DNA of 63,987 bases, from contig RXJO01000010.1 of the NCBI GenBank assembly GCA_003987795.1, forward strand, positions 1 through 63,987. The letters run 5' to 3'. Positions 18,533-32,723 of the stretch are shown in pieces. The stretch comes from Curvibacter sp. Its GTDB lineage: Bacteria > Pseudomonadota > Gammaproteobacteria > Burkholderiales > Burkholderiaceae_C. Both the position numbers and the translations under genes were made by a program. The notes beneath the pieces were generated by a model that made no database searches, was not told the DNA's origin, and saw nothing but the letters and a program-made list of their open reading frames with translations. Position 1 is the first letter of the stretch. Each line of letters begins with the position of its first letter.

Positions 18533-19161
18533 CGGATGTCCAGGACTTTGTGGGTTTGCACCGACAGGCGCCAGCGGGGCTGGGCCTGGCAGTAGGCGAT
18601 GCAGGCGCGGGTGTTGGCCAACTGCTCGGGGTTGTCCATGGGCTGCAGCAGGAAATGCTCGAAGTCCAGGTGCTGCAGTTCGGCCGGGTCAAGCCCGGCC
18701 TGCGGGTAGACCAGCTTGAGCTCGTGACCACTGCGCTGCACCAGCGGTGCGCCCGCCTTGGGGCTGACGCAGATCCAGTCGATGCCCGCAGGAGCGGGCA
18801 GACTGCCGTTGGTCTCGACCGCGACTTCGAAGCCCTGCGCGTGCAGGGCCTGGGTCAAGGCCTCGTCGACCTGCAGCAGGGGCTCGCCACCGGTCAGCAC
18901 CACATAGCGATGGCCCTGGCCTGCGGGCCACTGGGCCGCGATCAGGGCAGCCAAGGCCTGGGCATCGGCGAACTTGCCGCCCAGCGTGCCGTCGGTGCCG
19001 ACGAAATCGGTATCGCAGAAACGGCAGACCGCGGTGGCGCGATCGGCCTCACGCCCGCTCCACAGATTGCAGCCCGCAAAGCGGCAGAAGACCGCAGGCC
19101 GGCCGGCGCGCAGGCCCTCACCTTGCAGGGTGTAGAAAACCTCTTTCACGGCATAGCTCAT
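18529..19161 (-). CDS. queE: 7-carboxy-7-deazaguanine synthase QueE (minimal radical SAM, CX14CX2C type)
   Basis: MSYAVKEVFYTLQGEG, C-NLWSGREADRATAV-C-RF-C, TGGEPLLQ, ETNG, SVQTHK. Confidence 0.93.
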   Translation of the reverse strand: MSYAVKEVFYTLQGEGLRAGRPAVFCRFAGCNLWSGREADRATAVCRFCDTDFVGTDGTLGGKFADAQALAALIAAQWPAGQGHRYVVLTGGEPLLQVDEALTQALHAQGFEVAVETNGSLPAPAGIDWICVSPKAGAPLVQRSGHELKLVYPQAGLDPAELQHLDFEHFLLQPMDNPEQLANTRACIAYCQAQPRWRLSVQTHKVLDIR

Positions 19162-19277
19162 GCAACCCCCTGGGCGAACGGGCGCTGGGAACGGCACAGA
19201 CCGGAGAAGGCAGCGAAAGATGGGTGATGGAAAACGACAGGCAGCCGCACGGCGTGCGGCAACGAGGTTTTGAACAT
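19158..19277 (-). CDS. Candidate 39-aa leader ORF coupled to queE
   Basis: AGAGGA RBS 5 nt before ATG 19277; MFKTSLPHAVRLPVVFHHPSFAAFSGLCRSQRPFAQGVA; TGA overlaps queE ATG (ATGA). Confidence 0.4.
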   Translation of the reverse strand: MFKTSLPHAVRLPVVFHHPSFAAFSGLCRSQRPFAQGVA

Positions 19278-19369
19278 GGTGTTCCTCTACATGGCCCCGG
19301 GCTTGAACAACATGACCTTGGCCGGGGCGGCAAGGCGCGCAATTCTAGCTGAAGGTCAGCCGGCGCCTC

Positions 19370-20911
19370 TCAGACGACCGACTGGGTCGTGCCCTGGGCC
19401 GCGGGTTCAGCCGTGTGCGGCACCTCGGGGGGGTGGGTCACGATGCTGTCGAGCGCAGGCACCGGCGGCTTGAGCGCACCGAGATCAGGCAGCGGGCGGC
19501 GCAACGCCGGCGAGGCCGCAAAGGCCTGCTCCAGGGCACGTGAGGCCGACAGCAGCTCCAGGTCGCCGCGGAAGCGCCCCACCACCTGCAACCCGAAGGG
19601 CATGCCCAGCGGATCGGTACCGCAGGGCAGGCTGATGGCCGGATGGGTGGTCAGGGTGATCACATAGGTCAGCGCCAGCCAGCGGTAGTAGTTGGCCTGG
19701 GCCTTGCCATCGATCTGATCCGCGTGGGGCAGCGTCCAGGGGAAAGGCGACACCGGAGTGGTCGGGGTCAGCAGCAGGTCGTAGTCGGCGTACAGGGCCT
19801 GGAAGCGGTTCAGGATGCGGGTCTGCTCAGCCTGGGCCCAGGCGCTGTCGAGCAGGCTCATGCGGGCGCCGATCTCGTAGTTGGCGCGCGGGTTGGGGCC
19901 CAGGCTCGCCGGGTCGCATTCGTAGGCCTCACGGGTGCCGGCCACGAAAGCCTCAGCGCGCAGCACATCGAAGCAGCGGTGCACATCGCCGAGCTCCAGG
20001 TTCACCTCGTCGCAACGGGCGAACAGGTGGCGCATGGACTCGATCTTGCTCAGGAAGGTCGAACGGATGAGCGGGTCCACATCGCAGGACCCCAGGTCGG
20101 TGCTGTAGGCCACGCGCAGGCGCCCGAGATCGCCCATCGGCGGGCGCAGAAACACCAGCGGGTCCAGCGGGTAGCTCAGAGGGTCGCCCGGGTGCATGCC
20201 GGCCGAGGCTGCCATCTGCAGGCAGGCGTCATCCACCGTGCGCCCCATGGGGCCGACCACCGAGATCGGGGTCCAGCCCAGCAGTTTGCGCACGCTGGGC
20301 ACCACGCCCGGCGACGGACGCAGCCCGACCACGCCGCACTTGGCCGCCGGGATGCGCAAAGAGCCCCCGGTGTCCGAACCGGTGCAGACCGGCAACATGT
20401 CGGTGGCCAGCGCGGCCGCCGAGCCACCGGACGAGCCGCCGGCATTCAAGTTGGGGTTGAAGGGGTTGCCGGTGGCCCCCCAGACCGGGTTGCGCGAGTT
20501 GGCGCCGGCGCCCATCTCGGGCACATTGGTCTTGCCGGTGACGATGGCGCCGGCGCGGCGCAGACGCGCCACCAGTTCGATGTCCTGCGCCGGGATGTTG
20601 TTGCGGTAATTGGGCGAGCCGAAGGTGCTCAGCAGGCCGGCCGTGGGTTCCAGGTCTTTCACGCCCAATGGCAGCCCGTGCAGCAGGCCCAGGGGCTCGC
20701 CGCGCAGCACCGCCTGCTCGGCCGCACGGGCTTCGACGCGGGCACGGTCATAGCACTTGGCGGTGACGGCGTTGATGCTCGGGTTGACTGCCTCGATGCG
20801 CTCGATGCAGGCCTCGAGCAATTCGACCGGTGAAATCTGGCGTTGGGCGATCAACTCGCGCAGTTCGACAGCGGAGCGCGTGACGAGCTCGGAGGAGGAG
20901 GTGGCGTTCAT
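19370..20911 (-). CDS. Amidase signature family protein
   Basis: LHGLPLGVKD, GKTNVPE, GGSSGGSAAA, GSDTGGSLRIPA (Ser-cisSer-Lys triad). Confidence 0.92.
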   Translation of the reverse strand: MNATSSSELVTRSAVELRELIAQRQISPVELLEACIERIEAVNPSINAVTAKCYDRARVEARAAEQAVLRGEPLGLLHGLPLGVKDLEPTAGLLSTFGSPNYRNNIPAQDIELVARLRRAGAIVTGKTNVPEMGAGANSRNPVWGATGNPFNPNLNAGGSSGGSAAALATDMLPVCTGSDTGGSLRIPAAKCGVVGLRPSPGVVPSVRKLLGWTPISVVGPMGRTVDDACLQMAASAGMHPGDPLSYPLDPLVFLRPPMGDLGRLRVAYSTDLGSCDVDPLIRSTFLSKIESMRHLFARCDEVNLELGDVHRCFDVLRAEAFVAGTREAYECDPASLGPNPRANYEIGARMSLLDSAWAQAEQTRILNRFQALYADYDLLLTPTTPVSPFPWTLPHADQIDGKAQANYYRWLALTYVITLTTHPAISLPCGTDPLGMPFGLQVVGRFRGDLELLSASRALEQAFAASPALRRPLPDLGALKPPVPALDSIVTHPPEVPHTAEPAAQGTTQSVV

Positions 20912-20974
20912 GGGCAAGCTTTGCGAAGGAAAGGTCAACTACGGACGGTCGCGGACGATCGCGGATCGGTCGGC

Positions 20975-21976
20975 TCAATCGGCCTGGATGTTGGCCCGCG
21001 CCGCGGTGGCGCGCATCAGGGGCAGCTCACTCTCGATCAAGGCACTGGCCTCGGCCGCGGTGGAGAAGCTGGGATCCAGGCCCTGGTCGATCAGGGCCTT
21101 GCGCACGCCCGGATCGGACAAGGTATCGCTCAGCGCTTTCTGCAGCTTGGCCTTGATCGGCGCCGGAGCGCCACGCGGGGTCAGCAGCATGACCCAGGAT
21201 TCGAGCTTCACGTCGGGGTAGCCCGATTCGGCAAAGGTGGGCACATTGGGCAAGGCGGCGAGCCGCTTGGGCGAGGCCACGGCGATCGCACGGATCTTGC
21301 CGGTCTTGAGTTGGGGCAAGGTGGCGGTGACCGTGTCGAAGGCCAGCGGCACCTGGCCGCCCAGCAGATCCGTCATGGCAGGCGCACTGCCCTTGTACGG
21401 GATGTGGGTCACCTTCAGGCCCATGGCATAGAAGGCCATCTCGGCCACGAAATGCGAACTGGTGCCGGCACCGAAAGAGGCGTACGAGAACTTGTCGGGG
21501 GCCGCTTTGACCGCGGCCTTGAGCTCGGCCAGGTTCTGCACCGGCACCTGGGCGTTGGCCAGCAACAGCAGGCCGGCACGGGTGATCATGCCGACGGGCT
21601 CGAAGCTCTTGACCGGGTCATAGGGCAGGTTCTTGCGCACTGCCGGGTTCAGCGTCAACGTGGAGCCTGGTCCCATGAACAGGGTGTAGCCGTCGGGCGC
21701 GGCCTTGGCCACGAAGGCGGCCCCGATGGCCGTGCCGGCACCGGGCCGGTTGTCGACCACGATGGTGCCTCCGAGGCGCTCGCCCAGCTTGGGGGCGATG
21801 GCGCGGGCCACCACATCCGTGCTGCCGCCCGGCGGGAAAGGCACAACCAGCGTGATCGGATGGGCAGGATAGGCTGGCTGCGCTGCGGCCATGCCGACGC
21901 AAAGCGCGCCAGCCGCCAGGCCCAGGGTGTTCAAGGTGGCACGGCGACTCAGCACAGAGGAAAAGGTCAGCTTCAT
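20975..21976 (-). CDS. Bug/TctC family solute receptor
   Basis: YPAHPITLVVPFPPGGSTD, DNRPGAG, HIPYKGS; upstream of amidase. Confidence 0.92.
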   Translation of the reverse strand: MKLTFSSVLSRRATLNTLGLAAGALCVGMAAAQPAYPAHPITLVVPFPPGGSTDVVARAIAPKLGERLGGTIVVDNRPGAGTAIGAAFVAKAAPDGYTLFMGPGSTLTLNPAVRKNLPYDPVKSFEPVGMITRAGLLLLANAQVPVQNLAELKAAVKAAPDKFSYASFGAGTSSHFVAEMAFYAMGLKVTHIPYKGSAPAMTDLLGGQVPLAFDTVTATLPQLKTGKIRAIAVASPKRLAALPNVPTFAESGYPDVKLESWVMLLTPRGAPAPIKAKLQKALSDTLSDPGVRKALIDQGLDPSFSTAAEASALIESELPLMRATAARANIQAD

Positions 21977-22108
21977 GACAAGGGCTCCTGACGACTTGAA
22001 AAAGTGGTTCAGAGCCATTGTTAGGCAGCTGTGCCCCCTGCAGCAACGGCAATCCAGACAAAGTTGCGTTGCGATCCTCGCAACGCAAGCAGCATCAACA
22101 GCCGTGGG

Positions 22109-22654
22109 TCAACGCAGACGGTCGAGGTTGTACTCGGCGTCGCGCACGCGGTCACGGGCGCGGCGCAGGTTGCGGTCGTTGTCCGACAGGTCGTCGCGCA
22201 GCTTCTTGCGGGCCTCGTCGCTGCCGGCATTGCGCAGCTTGTTCTCGAGGTCGATGCGCCGGCTGTCCAGACTTCGCACCTGCTCACGCGCATCACGCAC
22301 CTCGCGCCCCACGCTGAACCGACGCCGGAACTCGCCATCGATGGCGGCCGGACAGACGCCGTTGTAATACTTGCCATCAAGCCCCAGGCGCACCGCATTG
22401 GGCATCTGGCAGTAGCTGAGCAGGCCCTGATCACGCCCGGCCAGGTAGGCCCGGGAGTCCACCACCACCTTGGCCTCGGCACAATCCTTGGACAGGTCAC
22501 TGAGCTTGGACAGCGGCTCGCCCGCCATGCCGTCACGCAGACCCACATCGCTCCAGCGGGCCACCTTGCATTCCTCCACGCTCATCGTCGAACAACTGGC
22601 CAACAGGCCCAGGGCCACGATGGCGAGCCAGAACATCCACTTCTTCATCTGCAT
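22109..22654 (-). CDS. DUF2799-like lipoprotein
   Basis: GGAGG RBS; lipobox LLASC; MSVEEC...WSDVGLRDG, C...YLAGRDQGLLSYC, YNGVCP; coiled-coil tail. Confidence 0.75.
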   Translation of the reverse strand: MQMKKWMFWLAIVALGLLASCSTMSVEECKVARWSDVGLRDGMAGEPLSKLSDLSKDCAEAKVVVDSRAYLAGRDQGLLSYCQMPNAVRLGLDGKYYNGVCPAAIDGEFRRRFSVGREVRDAREQVRSLDSRRIDLENKLRNAGSDEARKKLRDDLSDNDRNLRRARDRVRDAEYNLDRLR

Positions 22655-22817
22655 TTCCTCCAAGAATGGTGGGTCCGGCCGGTCACAGCGGCCGTGACAT
22701 GATGGGTGCATGGCCACGCTGGCCTCACCTCCCCGCGCCGATGATAGGAGATCAGATACATTGCGTTGCAATTTAGATGATCACGCCTTGCCACTTTCCC
22801 AGATGACCCGCCCCGCC

Positions 22818-23729
22818 ATGAACCACCACGCCCTGCAAGAGACGTCTTTGCGCTACTTCCTGGAAGTGGTGCAGACCGGTTCGGTGACCGAGGCAGCGGC
22901 TCGCCTGAATGTGGCCCCTTCGGCGGTGAGTCGTCACATCGCCCGGCTGGAGGCCGAGCTGGACACGCTGCTGTTCGAACGGCGTGCCCGCGGCATGGTG
23001 CCCAACGCCGCCGGCGAGCTGCTGGCCACCCATGCGCGCCGTGCCTGGCAGGACATCGAACGCGTGGCCGACGAGATCCAGTCCTTGCGCGGGCTCCAGA
23101 GTGGTGTGGTTCGCCTGGCCTGCACCGAAGGCTTTGCCGCCGAATTCATTCCCGGCCTGATCGTGGATTTCCAGCGTCAGTACCAGGGCATCCGATTCGG
23201 GCTGCAGGTGAGCCTGCAGGCCCAGGTGCCCGAGAAAGTTCGCCAAGGTGAGGTGGACATCGGCATCACCGTCAGCACGGTCTCCGAACGCGGCATCAGT
23301 GTCGCGCTGCGCCACCCCTCGCCCATCATCGCCGTGCTGCCCCCCAGCCACCCGCTGGCAGGCCGCAGCCAGCTCTCACTGGCCCAACTCGTCGGCCATG
23401 CCGTGGCACTGCCCGGCGCGGACTCCACCCTGCGACAGCTGTTCGACATCAGCTGCAGCCGCCAGGGCCTGGCGTTCGAGGCCGTGTTCGAATGCGACCG
23501 CTTGGACCCTTGCCTGTCTTTCGTGCGCTCGGGCGGCGGGATCACGCTCAACGGCGAGCTCGCCCTGCGCGAACGACTGCGACGCGGCGAGGTGGTGGGC
23601 ATCCCCCTGCGCGACCGCGAGATGAACGAGCGTCATTTCGAGGTTCAGACCCTCGCAGGCCGCACCCTGCCCCGGGCCGCCAAGGCGTTTCTGGACCATC
23701 TGCTGGCGGCGCTGGGTCAGCTTGAGTGA
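22818..23729 (+). CDS. LysR family transcriptional regulator
   Basis: LRYFLEVVQTGSVTEAAARLNVAPSAVSRHIARLE HTH. Confidence 0.92.
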   Translation: MNHHALQETSLRYFLEVVQTGSVTEAAARLNVAPSAVSRHIARLEAELDTLLFERRARGMVPNAAGELLATHARRAWQDIERVADEIQSLRGLQSGVVRLACTEGFAAEFIPGLIVDFQRQYQGIRFGLQVSLQAQVPEKVRQGEVDIGITVSTVSERGISVALRHPSPIIAVLPPSHPLAGRSQLSLAQLVGHAVALPGADSTLRQLFDISCSRQGLAFEAVFECDRLDPCLSFVRSGGGITLNGELALRERLRRGEVVGIPLRDREMNERHFEVQTLAGRTLPRAAKAFLDHLLAALGQLE

Positions 23730-23866
23730 AAACCAGCGCTGTGACCATCAGCACCCCTTGGCCACGGGCTTGACCAACCGGGCGAAGCGCTCTGACCGCC
23801 GCGCATCGACTGCGCCACAATAGCCCGGCGGCCTGGGTGTGCCAAAGCCGCTGACCACCGATCGCC

Positions 23867-24796
23867 ATGAACCAACTCGACTCTCTGCGCGCCCTGTTGA
23901 CCGTCATCGACCTGGGTGGCTTTGCGGCGGCGGCCCGCGCACTCGACACCTCGCCCGCCAAGGTGACGCGGCTGATCCATGATCTGGAGCGGACCCTCAA
24001 CACCCGACTGCTGCAACGCACCACGCGGACCTTGTCACTGACCGAGGCCGGAGAGCTCTACGCGGCCAGAATCCGACCGGTGATCGACGCCCTCGATGCG
24101 GCCAACGACGAGGTGAGCACCCGCGGCCGCCTGCCCAGCGGTGTGCTGAAAGTGCGTTCATCGCTGGACTTTGCCGCGGCCCAATTGATCCCGCGCATCT
24201 CGCGGCTGCAACGCCTCTATCCGAAACTGGAGGTCGAGATCAACACCAGCGACCGCCTGCTGGAGGCGCCTGATCTCGAATCGGACATCACCATCCTGTT
24301 CTCGCGTCATGGCCTGGCAGATGGCGATTTCGTGGCCCGCAAGCTCGGCATGACCTCGGGCGTGCTGTGCGCCTCACCCCAATACCTGAAGATCCACCCC
24401 GCGCCCACCCACCCGTCAGACCTGAGCCAGCATGAATGCCTGATCCCGACCGGCAAAGACCTGCCCGACACCTTTGTGCTGGCCTCGACGCAGCCGGGCG
24501 ACCCCCGGCATTTCGAATTCAGCCCCGGGCCGGCCAAGTTCCACTCCAACAGTTCCGAGGCACTGTGCCAAGCGGCGCTCCAGGGACTGGGCATGGTCGG
24601 CATGCTCTCGGTCCACGCGCAACCCTACATTCGAAGCCATGCCCTGGTGCGCGTGCTGCCCGATTGGATCGGCGAGCGCTGGCAGGTGTGGGCTGCCTAC
24701 ACGGGGCGCAAGCACGTGCCGCGCAAGGCCCAGGCCTTTCTGGAGTTCTTGCAGGCCGAGTTTGGCGATCCGGATCTGGATCCCTGGCTGCTTTGA
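23867..24796 (+). CDS. LysR family regulator (CrgA/DmlR-like)
   Basis: GGFAAAARAL...LLQRTTRTLSLTEAG, CASPQYL, LVRVLPDW. Confidence 0.92.
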   Translation: MNQLDSLRALLTVIDLGGFAAAARALDTSPAKVTRLIHDLERTLNTRLLQRTTRTLSLTEAGELYAARIRPVIDALDAANDEVSTRGRLPSGVLKVRSSLDFAAAQLIPRISRLQRLYPKLEVEINTSDRLLEAPDLESDITILFSRHGLADGDFVARKLGMTSGVLCASPQYLKIHPAPTHPSDLSQHECLIPTGKDLPDTFVLASTQPGDPRHFEFSPGPAKFHSNSSEALCQAALQGLGMVGMLSVHAQPYIRSHALVRVLPDWIGERWQVWAAYTGRKHVPRKAQAFLEFLQAEFGDPDLDPWLL

Positions 24797-24867
24797 GGCG
24801 CCCCGTCGTCTCCGTCATCCTGGCAATCCATCGGCCACTGGGGCTTGGGGCCCGTTCAGGTCGCGAC

Positions 24868-25713
24868 TCAATGCCCTGCCAATTGATCGGTGAGGTTGGC
24901 GATCCAGTCTTCGATATCGGCATCACTGAACATCAGCGCGCCGGCCACCGAGTCACTGAACTTGGCCCATTCCTGGTTGTGGTTCATGCGCGAATAGACA
25001 TGGATCGAGTGATCACACAACAACACCATTGCGATCAGTTGTGGGATCGGTTCCCGTATCTCCGGATCTGAGAACGCTCCTTCGTTGTGGTGGTGCTGGA
25101 TCGCCTTCACCAAGGTGTCATTCAGACCCCACGCACGCGCCATCATCGCGCCGATGCGCGCATGGTCCATGCCGTGGCGCTCAAACTCCAGCTCTGTGAA
25201 TGAGTGGGTGGACTCCTGGTTGGCCAGCCGGAGCGTCTCGATGTATTCGGGAAACCGCTGCATCAACAGCGGGATGCCGACGTCGCAAAAAAGGCCCATG
25301 GCCTGTGCCAGGTTCGGATTGACACTTCGCACCCCTCGACAAAGCCTGACCATGAGCTTGGCGCGCTTGTCCGACGCATCCCAGAAACGCTCGAGCTTCA
25401 TGTTCTTGAAGCTGCTGGCATTTCGCATCGCCACCGCCATCGTGAGGTGGGTCAGTTGCTGCAAGCCCAGCACGCCCACGGCCTGCTCAATGTTGTCAAT
25501 TCGGCGGTTCAAGCCAAAGTGGGCGGAATTGACCAGAGACAGCACGGCGATGCTCAAGGTCACATCGCTGCCCACGATCCGAGCCAACTGTCTGAAATCT
25601 GGCTCGTCCTTCGCTACTTCGTTCTGCAGATCCAGGATGACGGCCGGACGAGCCGGGATCACGAGCCCACGGAGTACTTGTTCAGCGGAACGGTCGGTGT
25701 CAGTTTTCGTCAT
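24868..25713 (-). CDS. Stand-alone HDOD domain protein
   Basis: IPARPAV, SDVTLSIAVLSLVNSAHFG, GLFCDVG, DHARIGAMMARAWGL, AIQHHH. Confidence 0.88.
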   Translation of the reverse strand: MTKTDTDRSAEQVLRGLVIPARPAVILDLQNEVAKDEPDFRQLARIVGSDVTLSIAVLSLVNSAHFGLNRRIDNIEQAVGVLGLQQLTHLTMAVAMRNASSFKNMKLERFWDASDKRAKLMVRLCRGVRSVNPNLAQAMGLFCDVGIPLLMQRFPEYIETLRLANQESTHSFTELEFERHGMDHARIGAMMARAWGLNDTLVKAIQHHHNEGAFSDPEIREPIPQLIAMVLLCDHSIHVYSRMNHNQEWAKFSDSVAGALMFSDADIEDWIANLTDQLAGH

Positions 25714-25934
25714 GTGCTTGTGGTTGCCGACGCCTTGTCAAGCTGGCGCGTCGATTCAGGTTCAAAGGTCTTTGGGCAATGCCGGCTTAGCGCTGCCCCT
25801 CACGTCATGACGACACGGCGCAGGCCTCCGTCGTGGCGTGAGAGGCACTCGGGTGATTCCTTGTGCTGGCGTGGCCAGAGCGGGTGTGTGACTGTTCATG
25901 GGACATCCCAACAGTGCGCAGGTCAGCAGTCTGC

Positions 25935-26410
25935 TTTTTTACAGTTTCAATCCGTTCGAAATGCGAGTCAATCGGTGCGATGTGATTTCCCAAGGTTTCA
26001 CTTGAATGAGCTCAAAATTATCACATATGTTCGAAATGATGTTGCGGAATTTCTACGCAGACGATCCTCGAGTAACAATTTGAAACAGCATAGACGATAC
26101 ACGCAAAGAAAGGTGGTGAATCATATATATCATCTGTCGGTTGTTTATTTAATCTAAACTACCGTATCTATCACTTGATATGACTCGAATTTCTTTAAAA
26201 AGAATTTTCATGGGTTTTATGTGATTTCAAAGTGATTGACTGAAAGTCTTTTTGCGATTGTGATGAGGTCTTCGTGCACCAAGTTGGCGTCAAGTGGCTG
26301 AAAAAATGAAGCGCTTTGTCAATTGATAGTGAAGCATATGGATCATTTCGATCGAATTCACCCATCGACCGCGGCGAACAAAATTCAGCTTTATTGATAC
26401 TTTCTATTGC
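25935..26410. promoter_or_regulatory. Long AT-rich divergent intergenic region between the HDOD and hybrid kinase genes
   Basis: Visibly AT-rich (e.g. gtttatttaatctaaact, ttctttaaaaagaattttca) against a GC-rich background; no credible ORF. Confidence 0.6.
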
Positions 26411-26483
26411 AATGACATCTGGCGGGGAAGCCCATCGCCGAGGTGTCAACCGCGAACACCGTGACGAAGAACATCGCTCAGCC

Positions 26484-30070
<3,587 letters not shown>

Positions 30071-30074
<4 letters not shown>

Positions 30075-32626
30075 TGAATTCGAACTCCCTCACTCCCGAG
30101 CGATCGGGCCCACCCTCATCGCCAGAGCCTGACCAGGCAGTACACGCATCACCGACGATCAGCGACGCTGACATTGAAGCCTTGCAATCACTGTTGCAAG
30201 GGCTGAGCCGTCAAGACCTCGCGCGTCTCGACGCAGCGGCCAAGAACCTGATCCGGACAGCCAGGTCGCACGGCGGCGTCCCCGACCCAGGCCAACACAG
30301 CACCCTGCTCCAATCCCTCGGCCTGACACAAGCCGCTGCCGATCCTGATCCCATCGAATTGCGTCACAAACTCAGGCAGGTCTGCCACGCGTTCAAGTCT
30401 GACGAGCAGCGCGGCGAAGGCCTTGCCGTGTATGAGCCCATTTTTGCCTTGTTGATGGACATCACACGACAAGGCTCAAACAAGCCCTCCACCGCCTCAA
30501 CCCTGCCCTTGAAGGCGATCCTCAAGCTGGCGTTTCTGATCTGCAACACGGCCTACGCCATTCAAAACCAAGGTCGCGATGAGCTGATCGCGGATTTGCA
30601 GCCTTTCGCCACGGCATTCAACCTGCTGCCTTGCGGCGCGCTGCTGGTCACCGAAAACCTGCAGGTCCTGTACGCCAACCCGGCATTTGAAAGGATGTTC
30701 GTGCTGGCTCATCGTGAGTTGCAAGGCAGCCTGCTGGGTGATGCGCTGGCGGTGGATGTCCTTCCTCATTTGATGCGCCATGCAGCAAGGCTGGGCATGG
30801 CCCGATGCCAGGCGACCGTGCAGTCACGGCAAGCCGAAGCCGCGATGCCCGTGCGCCTGACTGTGCATTGCCTGGGGCAGATCGAACCCAGTGGTGTCAC
30901 GCACTATTCGATCGTTTTCGAAGACCTCTTCGCGATGACGCATTGGCATCAGGAGCTTCTGCATGCCCAGGAGGTCGCCAAGGTGGGCAGTTGGCATTTC
31001 GAATTCAGCGGTGGCCCGGTCTCACTGACCCCGCAGGCCGAGGCGGTGTTGGGCTGGGCCCACGGTGGCCCTATCACCTACTCCGGCTATCTGAGCTGTG
31101 TCCATCCCGAGGATCGGCCTGCCGTCGAAGCCGCCTGGGATGCCGCGCTGTCCACAGGTCATTTCCAGATCGAGCACCGGGTGGGCACCGGCGCATCAAC
31201 GCGCTGGATCGAGGTGCAGGGCCGTCTTGAATACGACCACGAGGGCCACCCTACACGGGCATTCGGCACCTGCATGGAGATCAGTCAACGCAAGCTGGCG
31301 GAACAGGACATGGCGAGACTGGCCCGGCACGATGCCTTGACCGGGCTGCCAAACCGATCACATGGATTGGCGCTGCTGGACACGGAGCTTGCAAACGCCC
31401 GACACGAGGGTGTCCCGTTGGCCCTGTTCCTCATGGGCCTGGATCGCTTCAAGGAGACCAACGAAAGGCTGGGATACGCGGTCGGAGACCAGTTGATCAT
31501 CGCCCTGGCACATCGGCTGCAGGAGATCTGGCGTCACATCCCCGTGATCGTCCGGATGGGGGGAGACCAGTTTCTTCTGGCGGGCAGGGTCGGCGATGCG
31601 AAGCAGGCGCAGATGCTGGCCACAGAGCTGCGTCGGGCCCTCTTCAACCCGCTGGAAGTCGGTGTGATCCGCCATAGTGTGGACGCCAGCGTGGGGATTG
31701 CCCTCGGTCCCCAACACGGCAACAGCACCATCGAGTTGCTCAAATGTGCCGAAATGGCGATGTACGAGGCCAAAAGATCGGGGGGTGGCTCTGCGAAAGT
31801 CTATGACCCGGAGTCTGGCGAGCGGCAGCACCATCGTTTGCGCATGGGCATCCGCCTCGAGGAGGCCATTCGCAACGACCGGCTCGAGCTGGTCTACCAG
31901 CCCAAGGTGGACCTTCACAATGCCCGACTCAGTGGCGCGGAGGCACTTTTGCGCTGGCACGATCAGGAGCTCGGTTGGGTCTCGCCGGCCGAGTTCATCC
32001 CCTTGGCCGAAGAGCGTGGATTGATCCTGATGGTGGGCGATCTGGTGCTGGAAAAAGCCTGTCGACAGCTCAAGGCCTGGAAGCAGCAAGGCAAGACCTT
32101 GAACAGCCGGCTTGCGATCAATGTGTCACCCGCCCAGATGGCAGACCCCCGCTTCGCACAACGGGCCATCACGATCACCGAAGACGCCGGTGGCCTGCCC
32201 GGCGAGATCGAGTTCGAGATCACCGAATCCGCCATGATGCATGAGCCTGAACTGGCCCTCTTCAATGCCCACGTGTTGCGGGAGGCAGGCTTCATCTTGT
32301 CGATTGACGATTTCGGCACGGGTTATTCGTCGCTGACCCGACTGCACACCTTTCCAGTGCGCAAACTCAAGATCGACATCTCATTCATTCAAGACATGCT
32401 GATCAACCCGGGCCACCGGACGATCGTCACGGCGGTGATCGGGATGGCATCGGCACTGGGCCTGGAAACCGTTGCCGAAGGTGTCGAAACACCCGCCCAG
32501 GCAGCCCATCTGCGCCATCTGGCCTGCAACACGGCACAGGGCTATCTGTTCTCGAAGCCATTGTCGCCATCGGAGTTTGCGCTGGCCTGGCTTCAAGAGA
32601 TCCCCAAGGGCGAAGGCCAAACATGA
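30071..32626 (+). CDS. PAS-PAS-GGDEF(degenerate)-EAL c-di-GMP phosphodiesterase
   Basis: Start overlaps kinase stop; HDALTGLPNR, RMGGDQF, YQPKV, AEALLRW, DDFGTGYSSL, VAEGVE. Confidence 0.9.
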
Positions 32627-32723
32627 TGCCCGACCCACGCGCCACCCGCCCCATGCGGTGCGCCAGCCATGGCACGCACCTGTCGAACCGCCCGGACGTG
32701 ACGGATCCCATGGAGGCCGCCAG

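Noticed and set aside
18122-19161. 7-deazaguanine DNA-modification (dpd) defence island
   Set aside because: No dpdA/tgtA5, dpdB-K or mobility genes; host-like composition suggests the tRNA queuosine pathway.
19260-19295. Canonical preQ1-I riboswitch
   Set aside because: An AGAGG...CCTC stem is present, but the loop consensus and the 3' A-rich pseudoknot tail are not; kept only as a generic structured leader.
25935-26410. CRISPR leader/array, replication origin or IS end in the AT-rich region
   Set aside because: No regularly spaced repeats, DnaA-box cluster, terminal inverted repeats or transposase seen.
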